A DNA stretch of 32,000 nucleotides, from assembly GCF_014252415.1 (NCBI RefSeq), contig NZ_CP059223.1:480001-512000 (forward strand), read 5' to 3'. Below, piece by piece: positions 18,529 to 28,206 of this stretch. The number at the start of each line of letters is the position of its first letter. Within the stretch, counting starts at the first letter, position 1. The notes below the pieces were generated by a model, which was given only the letters and a program-made list of their open reading frames with translations, did no database searches and was not told the DNA's origin. This stretch comes from Candidatus Saccharimonadota bacterium (GTDB lineage Bacteria > Bacteroidota > Bacteroidia > Flavobacteriales > Blattabacteriaceae). A program made the translations under genes and the position numbers.

Positions 18529-20682
18529 ATGTCAAAAATTATAAGAGAATCCGTACTTTTGGAAGATGGCAGAAAAATTATCATAGAAACTGGATGTCTT
18601 GCTAAACAAGCGGACGGAGCAGCTACAGTTCGTTTAAATGACACTATATTATTGGCAACGGTAGTGGCATCTACTTTAAAAATAAATAAAGAAGTAAATT
18701 TCTTTCCATTAACAATAGATTATAGAGAAAAGTATTATGCAGGAGGAAAAATTCCTGGTGGGTTTATCAAAAGAGAAGGAAGACCATCTAATGAGGAAAT
18801 TTTAACAATGAGATTAGTAGATAGAGGATTGAGACCAATGTTTCCTAATAATATTATAAATAAAGAAATACAAGTTATGATATCTCTTTTATCATATGAT
18901 GGAACTGTTTTACCAGATGGATTAGCAGGATTAGCAGCTTCTACAGCATTATCCGTATCTAAAATACCTTTTAATGGTCCTATATCTGAAGTTCGTATAA
19001 TTAGATCTGGAAAAAAATTTTTTATAAATCCAAGTTTAGAACAATTAAAAGAATCAGATATAGATATGGTAGTAGGTGGATCTATTGATTCTATTATTAT
19101 GATTGAGGGAGAAATGAAAGAAATATTAGAAATAGAATTTATAGAAATTTTAGAAAAAGCTCATGAAGAAATAAAAAAACAAATTAAAGCACAAAATAAA
19201 TTAATAAAAAAAATAAATAATCAAAAAATTTTATCGGATGAAAATGAAGAAATCAATATAAATAATTTAGAATATGATGAAATAAATATTTTAGAAAAAA
19301 AAGTAAGTATATTTTTTACAGAAAAAATTGAAAATATATATAAAAATAATTTTAATAAAAAAAATAGGTTGATTAAAGAAAATTTATTAATAAATGAATT
19401 TAAAAAAAAATTTTTTACAGAAAAAGAAATAGAAGAAAAAGATTTTATAATCAATCAATCTTATGAAAAAATTAAAAAAAAAATAATAAGAAAATTATTA
19501 ATAGAAAAAGGAATAAGAATTGATGGAAGAAATAATAAGGAAATTCGTTCAATATATAGTTTTGTCGATTATTTACCTGGAGTACATGGTTCCGCTCTAT
19601 TCTCAAGAGGAGAAACTCAATCATTGACTACAGTAACATTAGGTTCATCAATAGATGCAAATAGAATTGATAATGTAATCATGGAAAATAATGAAAAATT
19701 TTATTTACATTATAATTTTCCTCCTTTCTCTACCGGAGAAATACGTTCTATTAGAGGTGTTAGTAGACGTGAAATAGGACATGGAAATCTTGCACAAAGA
19801 GCATTAAAAAATATTATACCTAATAATCCTTATACAATTAGAGTAGTATCGGACATATTAGAATCTAATGGTTCATCTTCCATGGCAACAGTTTGTGCTG
19901 CTAGTTTAGCTTTAATGGATGCTGGAATATCTATAAAAAATCCTGTATCAGGTATATCTATGGGATTAATTATGGAAAATGATAAAAAAATTATTATATC
20001 AGATATTTTAGGTGAAGAAGATTATTTTGGAGATTTAGATTTTAAAATAACAGGAACAAAAAATGGTATTACTGCTTGTCAAATGGACATAAAAAATTCA
20101 AAAAAAATAACATATGATATATTAAAAAAAATTTTAATACAAGCTTTAGAAGGTAGACTTTTTATTTTAGATAAAATGATGAAAACTTTACCTAAATATA
20201 GAAAAAAAATGAAACCAAATGCACCAAAAATATATACATTGAATATACCAAAAAATTTTATAGGATCAGTTATTGGTCAAGGAGGTAGAATAATTCAAGA
20301 TATACAATCACGTACAAATACTAACATCGTTATTGAAGAAAAAGAAAAATTTGGTTATATAGAAATTATAGGAAAAACTTATGAAAGTATAGAAAATGCT
20401 ATTAATATTATAAAAGAAATAACATTTATTCCAAAAATAGGAAAAGTTTATAAAGCAAAAGTAAAATCTATAAAAAATTTTGGAGCATTTGTAGAAATAT
20501 CAAAAGGAGTAGAAGGTTTATTGCATATTTCAGAAATAGGATGGAAAAGGTTAAATAGAATAGAAGAAGAATTAAATATAGGAGACATGATTGATGTAAA
20601 AATAATGGAAATGGATGAAAAAAATAGAAGAATGAAATTATCTAGAAAAGTACTTATTCCTCGTCCTAACAAAAAAAAATGA
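18529..20682 (+). CDS. pnp: Polynucleotide phosphorylase (717 aa)
   Basis: Two RNase PH-like halves are present (RIDGR, SRREIGHG), followed by KH (GQGGRIIQDIQ) and S1 (GKVYKAKVKSIKNFGAFVEI) domains. Confidence 0.97.
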   Translation: MSKIIRESVLLEDGRKIIIETGCLAKQADGAATVRLNDTILLATVVASTLKINKEVNFFPLTIDYREKYYAGGKIPGGFIKREGRPSNEEILTMRLVDRGLRPMFPNNIINKEIQVMISLLSYDGTVLPDGLAGLAASTALSVSKIPFNGPISEVRIIRSGKKFFINPSLEQLKESDIDMVVGGSIDSIIMIEGEMKEILEIEFIEILEKAHEEIKKQIKAQNKLIKKINNQKILSDENEEININNLEYDEINILEKKVSIFFTEKIENIYKNNFNKKNRLIKENLLINEFKKKFFTEKEIEEKDFIINQSYEKIKKKIIRKLLIEKGIRIDGRNNKEIRSIYSFVDYLPGVHGSALFSRGETQSLTTVTLGSSIDANRIDNVIMENNEKFYLHYNFPPFSTGEIRSIRGVSRREIGHGNLAQRALKNIIPNNPYTIRVVSDILESNGSSSMATVCAASLALMDAGISIKNPVSGISMGLIMENDKKIIISDILGEEDYFGDLDFKITGTKNGITACQMDIKNSKKITYDILKKILIQALEGRLFILDKMMKTLPKYRKKMKPNAPKIYTLNIPKNFIGSVIGQGGRIIQDIQSRTNTNIVIEEKEKFGYIEIIGKTYESIENAINIIKEITFIPKIGKVYKAKVKSIKNFGAFVEISKGVEGLLHISEIGWKRLNRIEEELNIGDMIDVKIMEMDEKNRRMKLSRKVLIPRPNKKK

Positions 20683-20704
20683 ACTAGTAAAATAATATGA
20701 TTAT

Positions 20705-21568
20705 ATGAGACAACTTAAAATTACAAAACAAGTAACAAATAGAGAATCTGAATCATTAGATAAATATCTTCATGAAATTGGAAAGATACCATTGTTAACT
20801 CCTGAAGAAGAGGTAGAATATGCTAGAAAAGCTAGAAATGGGGATACTTCAGCTATTAATAAATTAGTAAACGCAAATTTACGATTTGTAGTATCCGTTG
20901 CCAAACAATATCAAAATCAAGGATTAAGTTTATGTGATTTAATTAATGAAGGTAATTTAGGATTAATAAAAGGAATATTAAGATTTGATGAAACAAGAGG
21001 TTTTAAATGTATTTCATATGTTGTATGGTGGATTAGACAAGCAATACTGCAAGCAATAGCAGAACAATCACGTTCAATAAGACAACCTACAAATAAATTA
21101 GCATTATTAAATAAAATATTAAAAACTCTTGCCCAATTAGAACAAGAATTACAAAGAACCCCTTCTATAAGAGAAATAGCAGATTATTTAAATATGAATG
21201 AAAAAGAAGTTGAAGATTCAATAAAAAATTCTGGTAGACATATTTCCATGGATGCACCATTAGTAGAAGGAGAAGATTCTAATCTATATGATTTAGTAAG
21301 ATCAGATGAATCACCTCGCCCGGATGAATTTTTAGAAAAGGAATCTTTAAAAAAAGATATAAAAAGAATATTAGAAACATTAAGTGATAGAGAACGGAAA
21401 GTTATTATTCTCCATTTTGGATTAAATGGTTCTCCTCCAATGACTTTAGAAGAAGTAGGAAAATTTTGTGATTTAACAAGAGAAAGAGTTAGACAAATAG
21501 AAAGCATTGCATTAAAAAGATTAAAACATTCATCTAGAAGTAAAATATTAAAACCTTATTTAGGATAA
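20705..21568 (+). CDS. rpoD: Primary RNA polymerase sigma factor, short Bacteroidota type (287 aa)
   Basis: Region 2 (NLRFVVSVAKQY, YVVWWIRQAI) and region 4.2 (TLEEVGKFCDLTRERVRQIESIALKRLK) are present. Confidence 0.96.
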   Translation: MRQLKITKQVTNRESESLDKYLHEIGKIPLLTPEEEVEYARKARNGDTSAINKLVNANLRFVVSVAKQYQNQGLSLCDLINEGNLGLIKGILRFDETRGFKCISYVVWWIRQAILQAIAEQSRSIRQPTNKLALLNKILKTLAQLEQELQRTPSIREIADYLNMNEKEVEDSIKNSGRHISMDAPLVEGEDSNLYDLVRSDESPRPDEFLEKESLKKDIKRILETLSDRERKVIILHFGLNGSPPMTLEEVGKFCDLTRERVRQIESIALKRLKHSSRSKILKPYLG

Positions 21569-21592
21569 TAATTTAGGATAAAAAAATTTAAA

Positions 21593-21665
21593 GACCTCGA
21601 AGGGGTTTGAACCCATAACCTTCTGATCCGTAATCAGATGCTCTATCCATTTGAGCTACGAGGTC
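21593..21665 (-). tRNA. tRNA-Arg (anticodon ACG)
   Basis: The minus-strand sequence folds by hand into a cloverleaf: GACCTCG TA GCTC AAATGGATA GAGC A TCTGA TTACGGA TCAGA AGGTT ATGGG TTCAAAC CCCTT CGAGGTC. It has a 7-bp acceptor stem, a 4-bp D stem, a 5-bp anticodon stem and a TTC T-loop. The anticodon ACG is the complement of 21629-21631. There is one U-U mismatch in the T stem. No CCA is encoded. Confidence 0.9.
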
Positions 21666-21691
21666 TATATTCGTGATTACAAATATAAAAA

Positions 21692-22453
21692 TTAATATTG
21701 AACTATTTTTACAAATTGTTCAAGATTAAGAGACGAATTTCCTATTAATCCTCCATCAACATTATTACTATAAATAATATTTTTCGCATTTAAATGATTA
21801 ATACTTCCTCCATACAAAATGGATATTTTACTAGAAATAGTATTTCCATATTTTTCATAAAAAATATTTCGTATAAAATAATGCATTTTTGTTATTTGAT
21901 CAATGGTAGCAGTCACTCCTGTACCTATTGCCCATATAGGTTCATAAGCTATATAAATTAATTTTATCTCATTTGGAGAACAGTGAAAAATTGTATTATT
22001 TAATTGTTTTTCAATTATTGAATACTGATTATTCTTATTTCGATCTTCATATGTTTCTCCTATACAAAAAATAACTTTTATTTTATGTTTGATTGCTATT
22101 TTTAATTTTTTTAACAAAGAATTTTCATCTTCCAAAAAAAATTTTCTTCTTTCACTATGTCCAATTATAACTATATCTATTCCAATAGATTTTAACATAG
22201 AAGCCGATATTTCCCCAGTAAATGATCCCTTATCTTTAAAAAAGATATTTTGAGCTGCAATTTTTAACAAGGTCCCTTGAGATATTTGATTAGATATATG
22301 TAAAAAAGGAAAAGATGGTGCGATAATAATTTCTTTATTATGACATATTTTTTTTTCTTTAATATATTTCAAAAAATTTCTTAAAAAAAAAGTAGTCTCA
22401 TGTAAATCATAATTCATTTTCCAATTTGCAACTATAATCTTTTTTTTCATCAT
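21692..22453 (-). CDS. tpiA: Triosephosphate isomerase (253 aa)
   Basis: ANWKMN, IGHSERR and AYEPIWAIGTG motifs. Confidence 0.95.
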   Translation of the reverse strand: MMKKKIIVANWKMNYDLHETTFFLRNFLKYIKEKKICHNKEIIIAPSFPFLHISNQISQGTLLKIAAQNIFFKDKGSFTGEISASMLKSIGIDIVIIGHSERRKFFLEDENSLLKKLKIAIKHKIKVIFCIGETYEDRNKNNQYSIIEKQLNNTIFHCSPNEIKLIYIAYEPIWAIGTGVTATIDQITKMHYFIRNIFYEKYGNTISSKISILYGGSINHLNAKNIIYSNNVDGGLIGNSSLNLEQFVKIVQY

Positions 22454-22467
22454 ATTACATTTTTTTA

Positions 22468-22971
22468 TTAGGAATTATTTATTATTTTTTGTACTAAAAA
22501 AATAGCATCAATTAAAACTTTAAAATAAATTTTTTTTATTTGATTATTTGATAATTTATTTAAACTTTTTTTTAAGTATAAAATTTTTTTTAAAAAAATA
22601 TTTATATTAGAATTATTGCAATAATTCATCTTGTTAATAATATTTAATGCTTTTTTTATATTTTTTTCATAAATATATATAATATCATAATTTGATATTT
22701 TATTCATATGAGTTACATCTAATTCTAATTTTATTAATGCAATTAATAAATAATTCGTAATATCTATATATGTATCTAATATTCCTTCTTTTTTAACAAA
22801 ATAAAAACCTTTAAAGGAAATATTTTTTACACGAATAATTTTAATAAAAATTTGATCTATAATAGAACTACTTTTTAAAAATTTCCACGATAAACCATAA
22901 TCTTTTAACTTATATAAAAAAATTTTTTTACATTTTTTAATAAAAAATTCTATACAATAATAATTCATCAT
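22468..22971 (-). CDS. Conserved hypothetical protein, probably DUF1599-like (167 aa)
   Basis: The segment KLKDYGLSWKFLKSSSIIDQIFIKIIRVKN matches my recollection of the DUF1599 repeat core (K-DYG-AWR ... TDQI-IK--RI). The position between tpiA and divergent folP matches what I recall for Flavobacteriia. The expected second repeat looks degenerate (NKMNYCNNSNINIFLKKILYLKK). Confidence 0.5.
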   Translation of the reverse strand: MMNYYCIEFFIKKCKKIFLYKLKDYGLSWKFLKSSSIIDQIFIKIIRVKNISFKGFYFVKKEGILDTYIDITNYLLIALIKLELDVTHMNKISNYDIIYIYEKNIKKALNIINKMNYCNNSNINIFLKKILYLKKSLNKLSNNQIKKIYFKVLIDAIFLVQKIINNS

Positions 22972-23017
22972 AACTAAAATTAAAATACAATAAATAAAAA
23001 AATAATCTAAATGAACA

Positions 23018-23866
23018 ATGACAATAAATTGTGCTGGAACTTTATTAAAATTTGATAAGCCAAAAATTATGGGGATTGTAAATTTAACCCCTGATTCTTT
23101 TTATGATGGAGGTTTTCTTAATTCAGAATTAAAAATATTACAATATGTAGAGTCTTTAATCCAAGACGGAGTTCATATTATTGATGTAGGAGGATGTTCT
23201 ACTAGACCAGGATCAAAAATAATAACAGAAGAAGAAGAACTAAAAAGAGTAATAAATCCAATTCGTATGATTATAAAAAATTTTCCTAAAATTATAATAT
23301 CTATAGATACATTTAGGAGTAAGGTGGTAAAAGAATCCATAGAATCAGGTGTTGTTATTGTTAATGATATATCGGGAGGAGAATTGGATAAAAATATGTA
23401 CTCTACAGTAAGTAAATTTCAAGTACCATACATTTTAAATCATATGAAAGGTATTCCAGAATATATGCAAAAAAATATATGTTATCATAAAAATATAATC
23501 ATAGAAATTAATAAGTATTTTTCTAAAAAAATTTTTTTATTAAAAAAATATGGAATAAATGATATTATTTTAGATCCAGGATTTGGATTTGGAAAAACAA
23601 CAAAACAAAACTTTCAATTATTAAAATATATCAATTTATTTGGATTTCAAGATCATTTAATATCAATAGGTATCTCTAGAAAATCTATGATAAAAGATTT
23701 ATTAAAAATTTCTAATAATAATTTATTAAACGCTACCTCAATTATACATACAATAGCATTAATAAAAACTTCAATAAATTTAATTAGAGTTCATGATGTA
23801 AAAGAAGCATCAGAATGTATAAAAATTACAGAATATTATAAAAATATTTTAAAATATTCGTTATAA
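23018..23866 (+). CDS. folP: Dihydropteroate synthase (282 aa)
   Basis: GIVNLTPDSFYDGG, IIDVGGCSTRPG, NDISGG and DPGFGFGKT motifs. Confidence 0.92.
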   Translation: MTINCAGTLLKFDKPKIMGIVNLTPDSFYDGGFLNSELKILQYVESLIQDGVHIIDVGGCSTRPGSKIITEEEELKRVINPIRMIIKNFPKIIISIDTFRSKVVKESIESGVVIVNDISGGELDKNMYSTVSKFQVPYILNHMKGIPEYMQKNICYHKNIIIEINKYFSKKIFLLKKYGINDIILDPGFGFGKTTKQNFQLLKYINLFGFQDHLISIGISRKSMIKDLLKISNNNLLNATSIIHTIALIKTSINLIRVHDVKEASECIKITEYYKNILKYSL

Positions 23867-23938
23867 CTTTATGCGTACTTATGAATTATTAATGATTTTA
23901 TATTACCATAAATACTTAATAAAAAAAAGTAAAAAAAA

Positions 23939-25276
23939 ATGAGGTATAATAAAATGAACATGAAAGTAAAATATGTATATAAAAATTATTATAATTTATC
24001 TACAGGAATAGAAACAAATAGTAAAAATGTAAAAAATGGATCTATTTTTATAGCTTTGAAAGGAGAAAATTTTGATGGAAATCAATTTGTAAAAGAATCC
24101 ATAAATAATGGAGCATTATTGGTAATCATGGATAATAAAAAATATTTTTTTTCTTGTAAAAAAGTTTTTTTAGTAAAAAATTCATTAACTTTTTTACAAA
24201 AATTGGCTACCTATCATAGATGTAAAAATATGCATATCCCTATCATAGCCATTGTAGGAAGCAACGGAAAGACCACTACAAAAGAACTTATAAAAAATGT
24301 TTTATTAAAAAAATATAAAAAAGTACATTATACAAAATATAATTACAATAATCATATAGGAATTCCATTAACTGTATTATCTATGCCAATAGATACAGAA
24401 ATATCTGTTATTGAAATAGGAGCAAGTCATAGAAAAGAAATAGAAAATATGTGTTGTATAATTAAACCTAACTATGGTTACATCACAAATTTTGGAAAAG
24501 CTCATCTTGAAGGATTTGGAAGTGTAGACGGAATTATAAATGGAAAATTAGAATTGTATGAATTTATAAAAAAAAATAAAAAATTTATTTTTGTAAATGG
24601 CGATGATCCTATTCAATTAAATAATAGTAAAAATATTAAAAGATTTGTTTTTTCTGGTAAAAAAAATAATGAATCAGATATAATATTAAAATATAATAAA
24701 ACGAATATACAACCAACATTATCTATGGATAATATAGTTATTAAATCATCATTGGTTGGTAATTATAATTTATATAATATAGCATGTTCTGTAACTATAG
24801 GTATCTACTTCAATATTTCATTAAATAATATTAAAAATGCAATAGAGGAATATATTCCAAATAACTATCGTTCTCAAATTTTAGTAAAAAAAAATAGTAA
24901 AATTATAATTGATTGTTATAATGCTAATCCAACTAGTATGATAAAATCATTAAATTTTTTTAATAAAAATTTTTTTGGTAAAAAAATGGTTATATTAGGA
25001 GATATGTTAGAGTTAGGTTCTTTTTCAAAAGAAGAACATGAGAAAATAATTTTTTTTTTAGAAAATAGTGATATAAAAATTGCTTATTTAATAGGAAATA
25101 TTTTTTTTAATTCTAAAAAAATAAATATAAAAAAAATAAAAATAGTAAAATTTTTAACTACAGAAATATTTATTAAATGGATAATAAAGAATCCTATAAA
25201 AAATATAAAATATATTTTCATTAAAGGATCTAGAAAAATTGCGTTGGAAAAAACAATTCCATATATTGATCCATAA
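23939..25276 (+). CDS. murF: UDP-N-acetylmuramoyl-tripeptide--D-alanyl-D-alanine ligase (445 aa)
   Basis: GSIFIALKGENFDGNQF, the P-loop GSNGKTTTKE and DCYNANPTSM are present. The start is uncertain; alternative ATGs lie at 23954 and 23960. Confidence 0.88.
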   Translation: MRYNKMNMKVKYVYKNYYNLSTGIETNSKNVKNGSIFIALKGENFDGNQFVKESINNGALLVIMDNKKYFFSCKKVFLVKNSLTFLQKLATYHRCKNMHIPIIAIVGSNGKTTTKELIKNVLLKKYKKVHYTKYNYNNHIGIPLTVLSMPIDTEISVIEIGASHRKEIENMCCIIKPNYGYITNFGKAHLEGFGSVDGIINGKLELYEFIKKNKKFIFVNGDDPIQLNNSKNIKRFVFSGKKNNESDIILKYNKTNIQPTLSMDNIVIKSSLVGNYNLYNIACSVTIGIYFNISLNNIKNAIEEYIPNNYRSQILVKKNSKIIIDCYNANPTSMIKSLNFFNKNFFGKKMVILGDMLELGSFSKEEHEKIIFFLENSDIKIAYLIGNIFFNSKKINIKKIKIVKFLTTEIFIKWIIKNPIKNIKYIFIKGSRKIALEKTIPYIDP

Positions 25277-25299
25277 TTTAAAAATAATATATTAATTAT

Positions 25300-25307
25300 T
25301 AAATTTG
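25300..25307 (+). promoter_or_regulatory. Candidate Bacteroidota sigma-A -7 box (TAnnTTTG) upstream of pdhA
   Basis: TAAATTTG lies 31 nt upstream of the pdhA ATG (25339). No clear -33 TTTG partner is present. In this AT-rich sequence a chance match is quite possible. Confidence 0.25.
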
Positions 25308-25338
25308 TATATTAAAATATTTCACAAAAAACTTATTT

Positions 25339-26328
25339 ATGAAAAAGATAACTGCAGATACTTATATAAGGTGGTTTAAAAATATGTTTTTTTGGAGAAA
25401 ATTCGAAGATAAATGTCGTTCTTTATATTTAAAAAAAAGAATTAGAGGATTTTTACATTTATATAATGGACAAGAAGCTATTCCTGCTGGATTAACCCAT
25501 GCCATGGATATGTCAAAAGATAATATAATAACAGCTTATAGATGTCATATAATTCCTATGGCTATGGGAACAGATCCTAAAAAAATAATGGCAGAACTTT
25601 TAGGAAAAAAAACTGGAACATCTCATGGGATAGGAGGGTCTATGCATATTTTTAGTAAAAATCATAGATTTTATGGTGGACATGGTATTGTTGGTGGACA
25701 AATACCATTAGGAGCAGGTATTTCATTTGCTGATAAATATTTTAAAAGAAAATCTGTTACATTAACATTAATGGGAGATGGAGCAGTGAGACAAGGAGCT
25801 TTACATGAAACATTTAACATGGCTATGTTATGGAAACTTCCTATAGTTTTTATATGTGAAAATAATAAGTATGCAATGGGTACTTCTGTTAAAAGAAGTT
25901 CTAATATGGATAATATATACAAAATAGGATTATCATATGGTATACCATCTTATCAAATAGATGGAATGAATCCAGAAGAAATTGCAAAAAGTTCATTTTT
26001 TGCTATTGAAAGAGCTAGAAATGGAGAAGGAGCTACGTTCTTAGAAATAAGAACTTATCGTTATAGAGGACATTCTATGTCAGATTCCGAGTCATATCGT
26101 AGTAAAGATGAAGTACTTTTTTATAAAAAAAAAGATCCTATTTTAAGGATAAAAAAAATTATTATAAATAATAATTGGAAAACCGATGAAGACATAAAAT
26201 TTTTAGAAAATAAAATAAAAATAGAAATAGATTCTTGTGTTGAATTTGCAGAAAAATCTTCATCTCCTTCTGTGAAGGATATGTACGATTTTGTTTATGA
26301 CGAAAAAAAATATCCTTTTTTAAATTGA
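25339..26328 (+). CDS. pdhA: Pyruvate dehydrogenase E1 component, alpha subunit (329 aa)
   Basis: YRCH, GGSMH, the TPP motif GDGAVRQGALHETFNMA ... ENN, and YRYRGHSMSD are present. Confidence 0.93.
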   Translation: MKKITADTYIRWFKNMFFWRKFEDKCRSLYLKKRIRGFLHLYNGQEAIPAGLTHAMDMSKDNIITAYRCHIIPMAMGTDPKKIMAELLGKKTGTSHGIGGSMHIFSKNHRFYGGHGIVGGQIPLGAGISFADKYFKRKSVTLTLMGDGAVRQGALHETFNMAMLWKLPIVFICENNKYAMGTSVKRSSNMDNIYKIGLSYGIPSYQIDGMNPEEIAKSSFFAIERARNGEGATFLEIRTYRYRGHSMSDSESYRSKDEVLFYKKKDPILRIKKIIINNNWKTDEDIKFLENKIKIEIDSCVEFAEKSSSPSVKDMYDFVYDEKKYPFLN

Positions 26329-26350
26329 AAAAATTCAATAAAATAAACAT

Positions 26351-27475
26351 ATGGCAGAAATAATATCTATGCCCCAATTAAGTGATACTATGGAAGAGGG
26401 TACAATAATAAAATGGAATAAAAAAGTAGGAGAAAAGATTTCAGAAGGAGAAATTTTAGCAGAAATAGAAACTGATAAAGCTATACAAGATTTTGAAATA
26501 GATGTTAGTGGTACTTTATTATTTATAGGAGTAAAAGAAGGTGAAAGAACTAAAGTAAATGATATAATAGCGATTATAGGAGAAAAAGGGGAAAATATAG
26601 ATGAAATTATTAAATATAAAAAAAATAGAATAATCAAAGAAATCAATAATAAAAGAATATTTATTTCTCCCATAGCAAAAAAATTAGTCAAAAAACAAAA
26701 TATTTCATTAAAAAAAATAGATGGTAGTGGAGATAATGGAAGAATTATTAAAAGAGATATTGAATTAAAAAATAAAAATGATTCTAATAAATTAAAAAAT
26801 AAAGTATATCATTCTTTAATGAGAAAAAAAATAGCGGAACGATTATCTTATTCTAAATTTTCATCGCCTCATTATTATTTATTTATGGACATTCATGTGG
26901 ATAAATTAATTGAATTAAGAAAAAACTTTAATGATAAACTTTATCATGAAGAAAGAATATCGTTTAATGATATTATAATTAAAGCTTCTGCTAAATCTTT
27001 AAAAAAAAATTTAAAAATGAATGTTTCTTGGAATAAAGATTATATTTTATTACATGATAATATAAATATTGGTTTCGCTGTAGCTATTGAAGATGGATTA
27101 ATGGTGCCAGTTATTAAAAATGCTGATGAAAAATCTATATTACAAATTTCAAAAGAAGTAAAAGAAAAGATTTTACTTTCAAAATCTAAAAAAATTTCAT
27201 TAGAAGAATTAGAAAGTAGTACTTTTACTATATCTAATTTAGGAATGTATGGAGTAGATTCTTTTACATCTATTATTAATAGTCCTAATTCATCTATTTT
27301 ATCCATAGGATCTATAACTGAACGTCCTATTATAAAAAATTCAAAAATAGAAATAGGAAATATCATGAAAATTACATTATCATGTGATCATAGATTAATA
27401 GATGGGTCTATAGGAAGTGATTATATTCGATCTATAAAAAAATTATTAGAAGATCCTATAACAATATTATTGTAA
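26351..27475 (+). CDS. pdhC: Dihydrolipoamide acetyltransferase (E2) of the pyruvate dehydrogenase complex (374 aa)
   Basis: It has a single lipoyl domain with EIETDKA, a peripheral-subunit-binding segment ISPIAKKLVKKQNISLKKIDGSGDNGRIIKRDI, and the catalytic block SCDHRLIDG. Confidence 0.92.
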   Translation: MAEIISMPQLSDTMEEGTIIKWNKKVGEKISEGEILAEIETDKAIQDFEIDVSGTLLFIGVKEGERTKVNDIIAIIGEKGENIDEIIKYKKNRIIKEINNKRIFISPIAKKLVKKQNISLKKIDGSGDNGRIIKRDIELKNKNDSNKLKNKVYHSLMRKKIAERLSYSKFSSPHYYLFMDIHVDKLIELRKNFNDKLYHEERISFNDIIIKASAKSLKKNLKMNVSWNKDYILLHDNINIGFAVAIEDGLMVPVIKNADEKSILQISKEVKEKILLSKSKKISLEELESSTFTISNLGMYGVDSFTSIINSPNSSILSIGSITERPIIKNSKIEIGNIMKITLSCDHRLIDGSIGSDYIRSIKKLLEDPITILL

Positions 27476-28174
27476 TTTACTTTTTTTAAAAAAAAATGGA
27501 ATTATAAATATAATTAAAATCATTAAAGTAAATACATATTCATAATAATGGTTTGATAATAATTTTTTTATAAAATTTTTTTCATAAAAAAATGATAAAA
27601 ACAATTTAATTCCAAGTAATATTATAATAATAAATATGGAATGGTTTAAACTATGATATTTTTTTATTAATTTTATAAAAAATTTTGTTGATAATCTTAT
27701 AGAAATAATTCCTATAAATGACCCTAACAATATTAAAAATATATTTTTTGATAAAGCAATAGATGCAAATATATTATCGATAGAAAAAGATAAATCAATT
27801 ATTTCTATTATTATGATAGTTTTCCAAAAATTTGAATGTTTATTTATATGATTATTTTTTATCTTTTTCTTATTTTTATTTATAAAAAAATGATTGATTC
27901 CAATAATAATTAGATAAATCCCACCTATCAATTTGATCCATTGTATTTTAATTAAAAAAGATATAAATATCAAACATAATATCCTAAAAAAATAAGCTCC
28001 TAAAATACCATATTTAATAGCATTTTTTCTATCTTTCTCATTTTTTAAATTTAATATCATAGAAGATAGTATTATTGCATTGTCTATAGATAAAATACTT
28101 TCTATTATAATTAAATTACCTATAGTAGATATTGATAATAAAGGATTATTGATTATATCTTTTATAAATTCCAC
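27467..28174 (-). CDS. TerC-family integral membrane protein (235 aa)
   Basis: The protein is polytopic and hydrophobic, with the duplicated S-x-DN motif (ILSIDNAIILS and SFSIDNIFASIALS) typical of TerC/Alx-type proteins. Confidence 0.75.
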   Translation of the reverse strand: MEFIKDIINNPLLSISTIGNLIIIESILSIDNAIILSSMILNLKNEKDRKNAIKYGILGAYFFRILCLIFISFLIKIQWIKLIGGIYLIIIGINHFFINKNKKKIKNNHINKHSNFWKTIIIIEIIDLSFSIDNIFASIALSKNIFLILLGSFIGIISIRLSTKFFIKLIKKYHSLNHSIFIIIILLGIKLFLSFFYEKNFIKKLLSNHYYEYVFTLMILIIFIIPFFFKKSKLQ

Positions 28175-28206
28175 GTGATTAAAAATTTTAATTCTAAATT
28201 ATTATT

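Noticed and set aside
618-20682. Possible UGA reassignment, as seen in some tiny endosymbiont genomes.
   Set aside because: leuS, gdh, pnp and rpmE all terminate at TGA at the expected protein lengths. Every family-assigned ORF is full length under the standard bacterial code, and Trp is encoded by TGG at conserved positions.
21558-21581. An 11-nt direct repeat ATTTAGGATAA occurring twice (21558-21568 and 21571-21581) across the rpoD stop codon.
   Set aside because: It is a short AT-rich duplication of the gene terminus that could arise by slippage or by chance. It forms no hairpin, has no further copies in the window, and has no obvious function.
26329-26350. A missing E1-beta gene between pdhA and the E2 gene, which might suggest a broken PDH operon.
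   Set aside because: The pdhA-E2 adjacency with pdhB encoded elsewhere is, to my knowledge, the normal Flavobacteriia arrangement. The 22-nt spacer shows no gene remnant. This cannot be judged further without the rest of the genome.
26335-26691. A 118-aa minus-strand ORF with a strongly hydrophobic, membrane-protein-like sequence (MTNFFAMGEINILLLLISLIILFF...).
   Set aside because: It lies entirely antisense to the start and lipoyl domain of the well-supported PDH E2 gene and to the end of pdhA. In this composition, the antisense of Lys/Glu/Asn/Ile-rich codons yields stop-free Phe/Leu/Ile-rich frames. It has no independent motif or spacer of its own.
28175-28206. A manganese (yybP-ykoY type) riboswitch upstream of the TerC-family gene, or a cobalamin/SAM riboswitch upstream of metE (13198-13209).
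   Set aside because: The spacers are only 32 nt and 12 nt, far too short for either element, and show no GC-rich helices.
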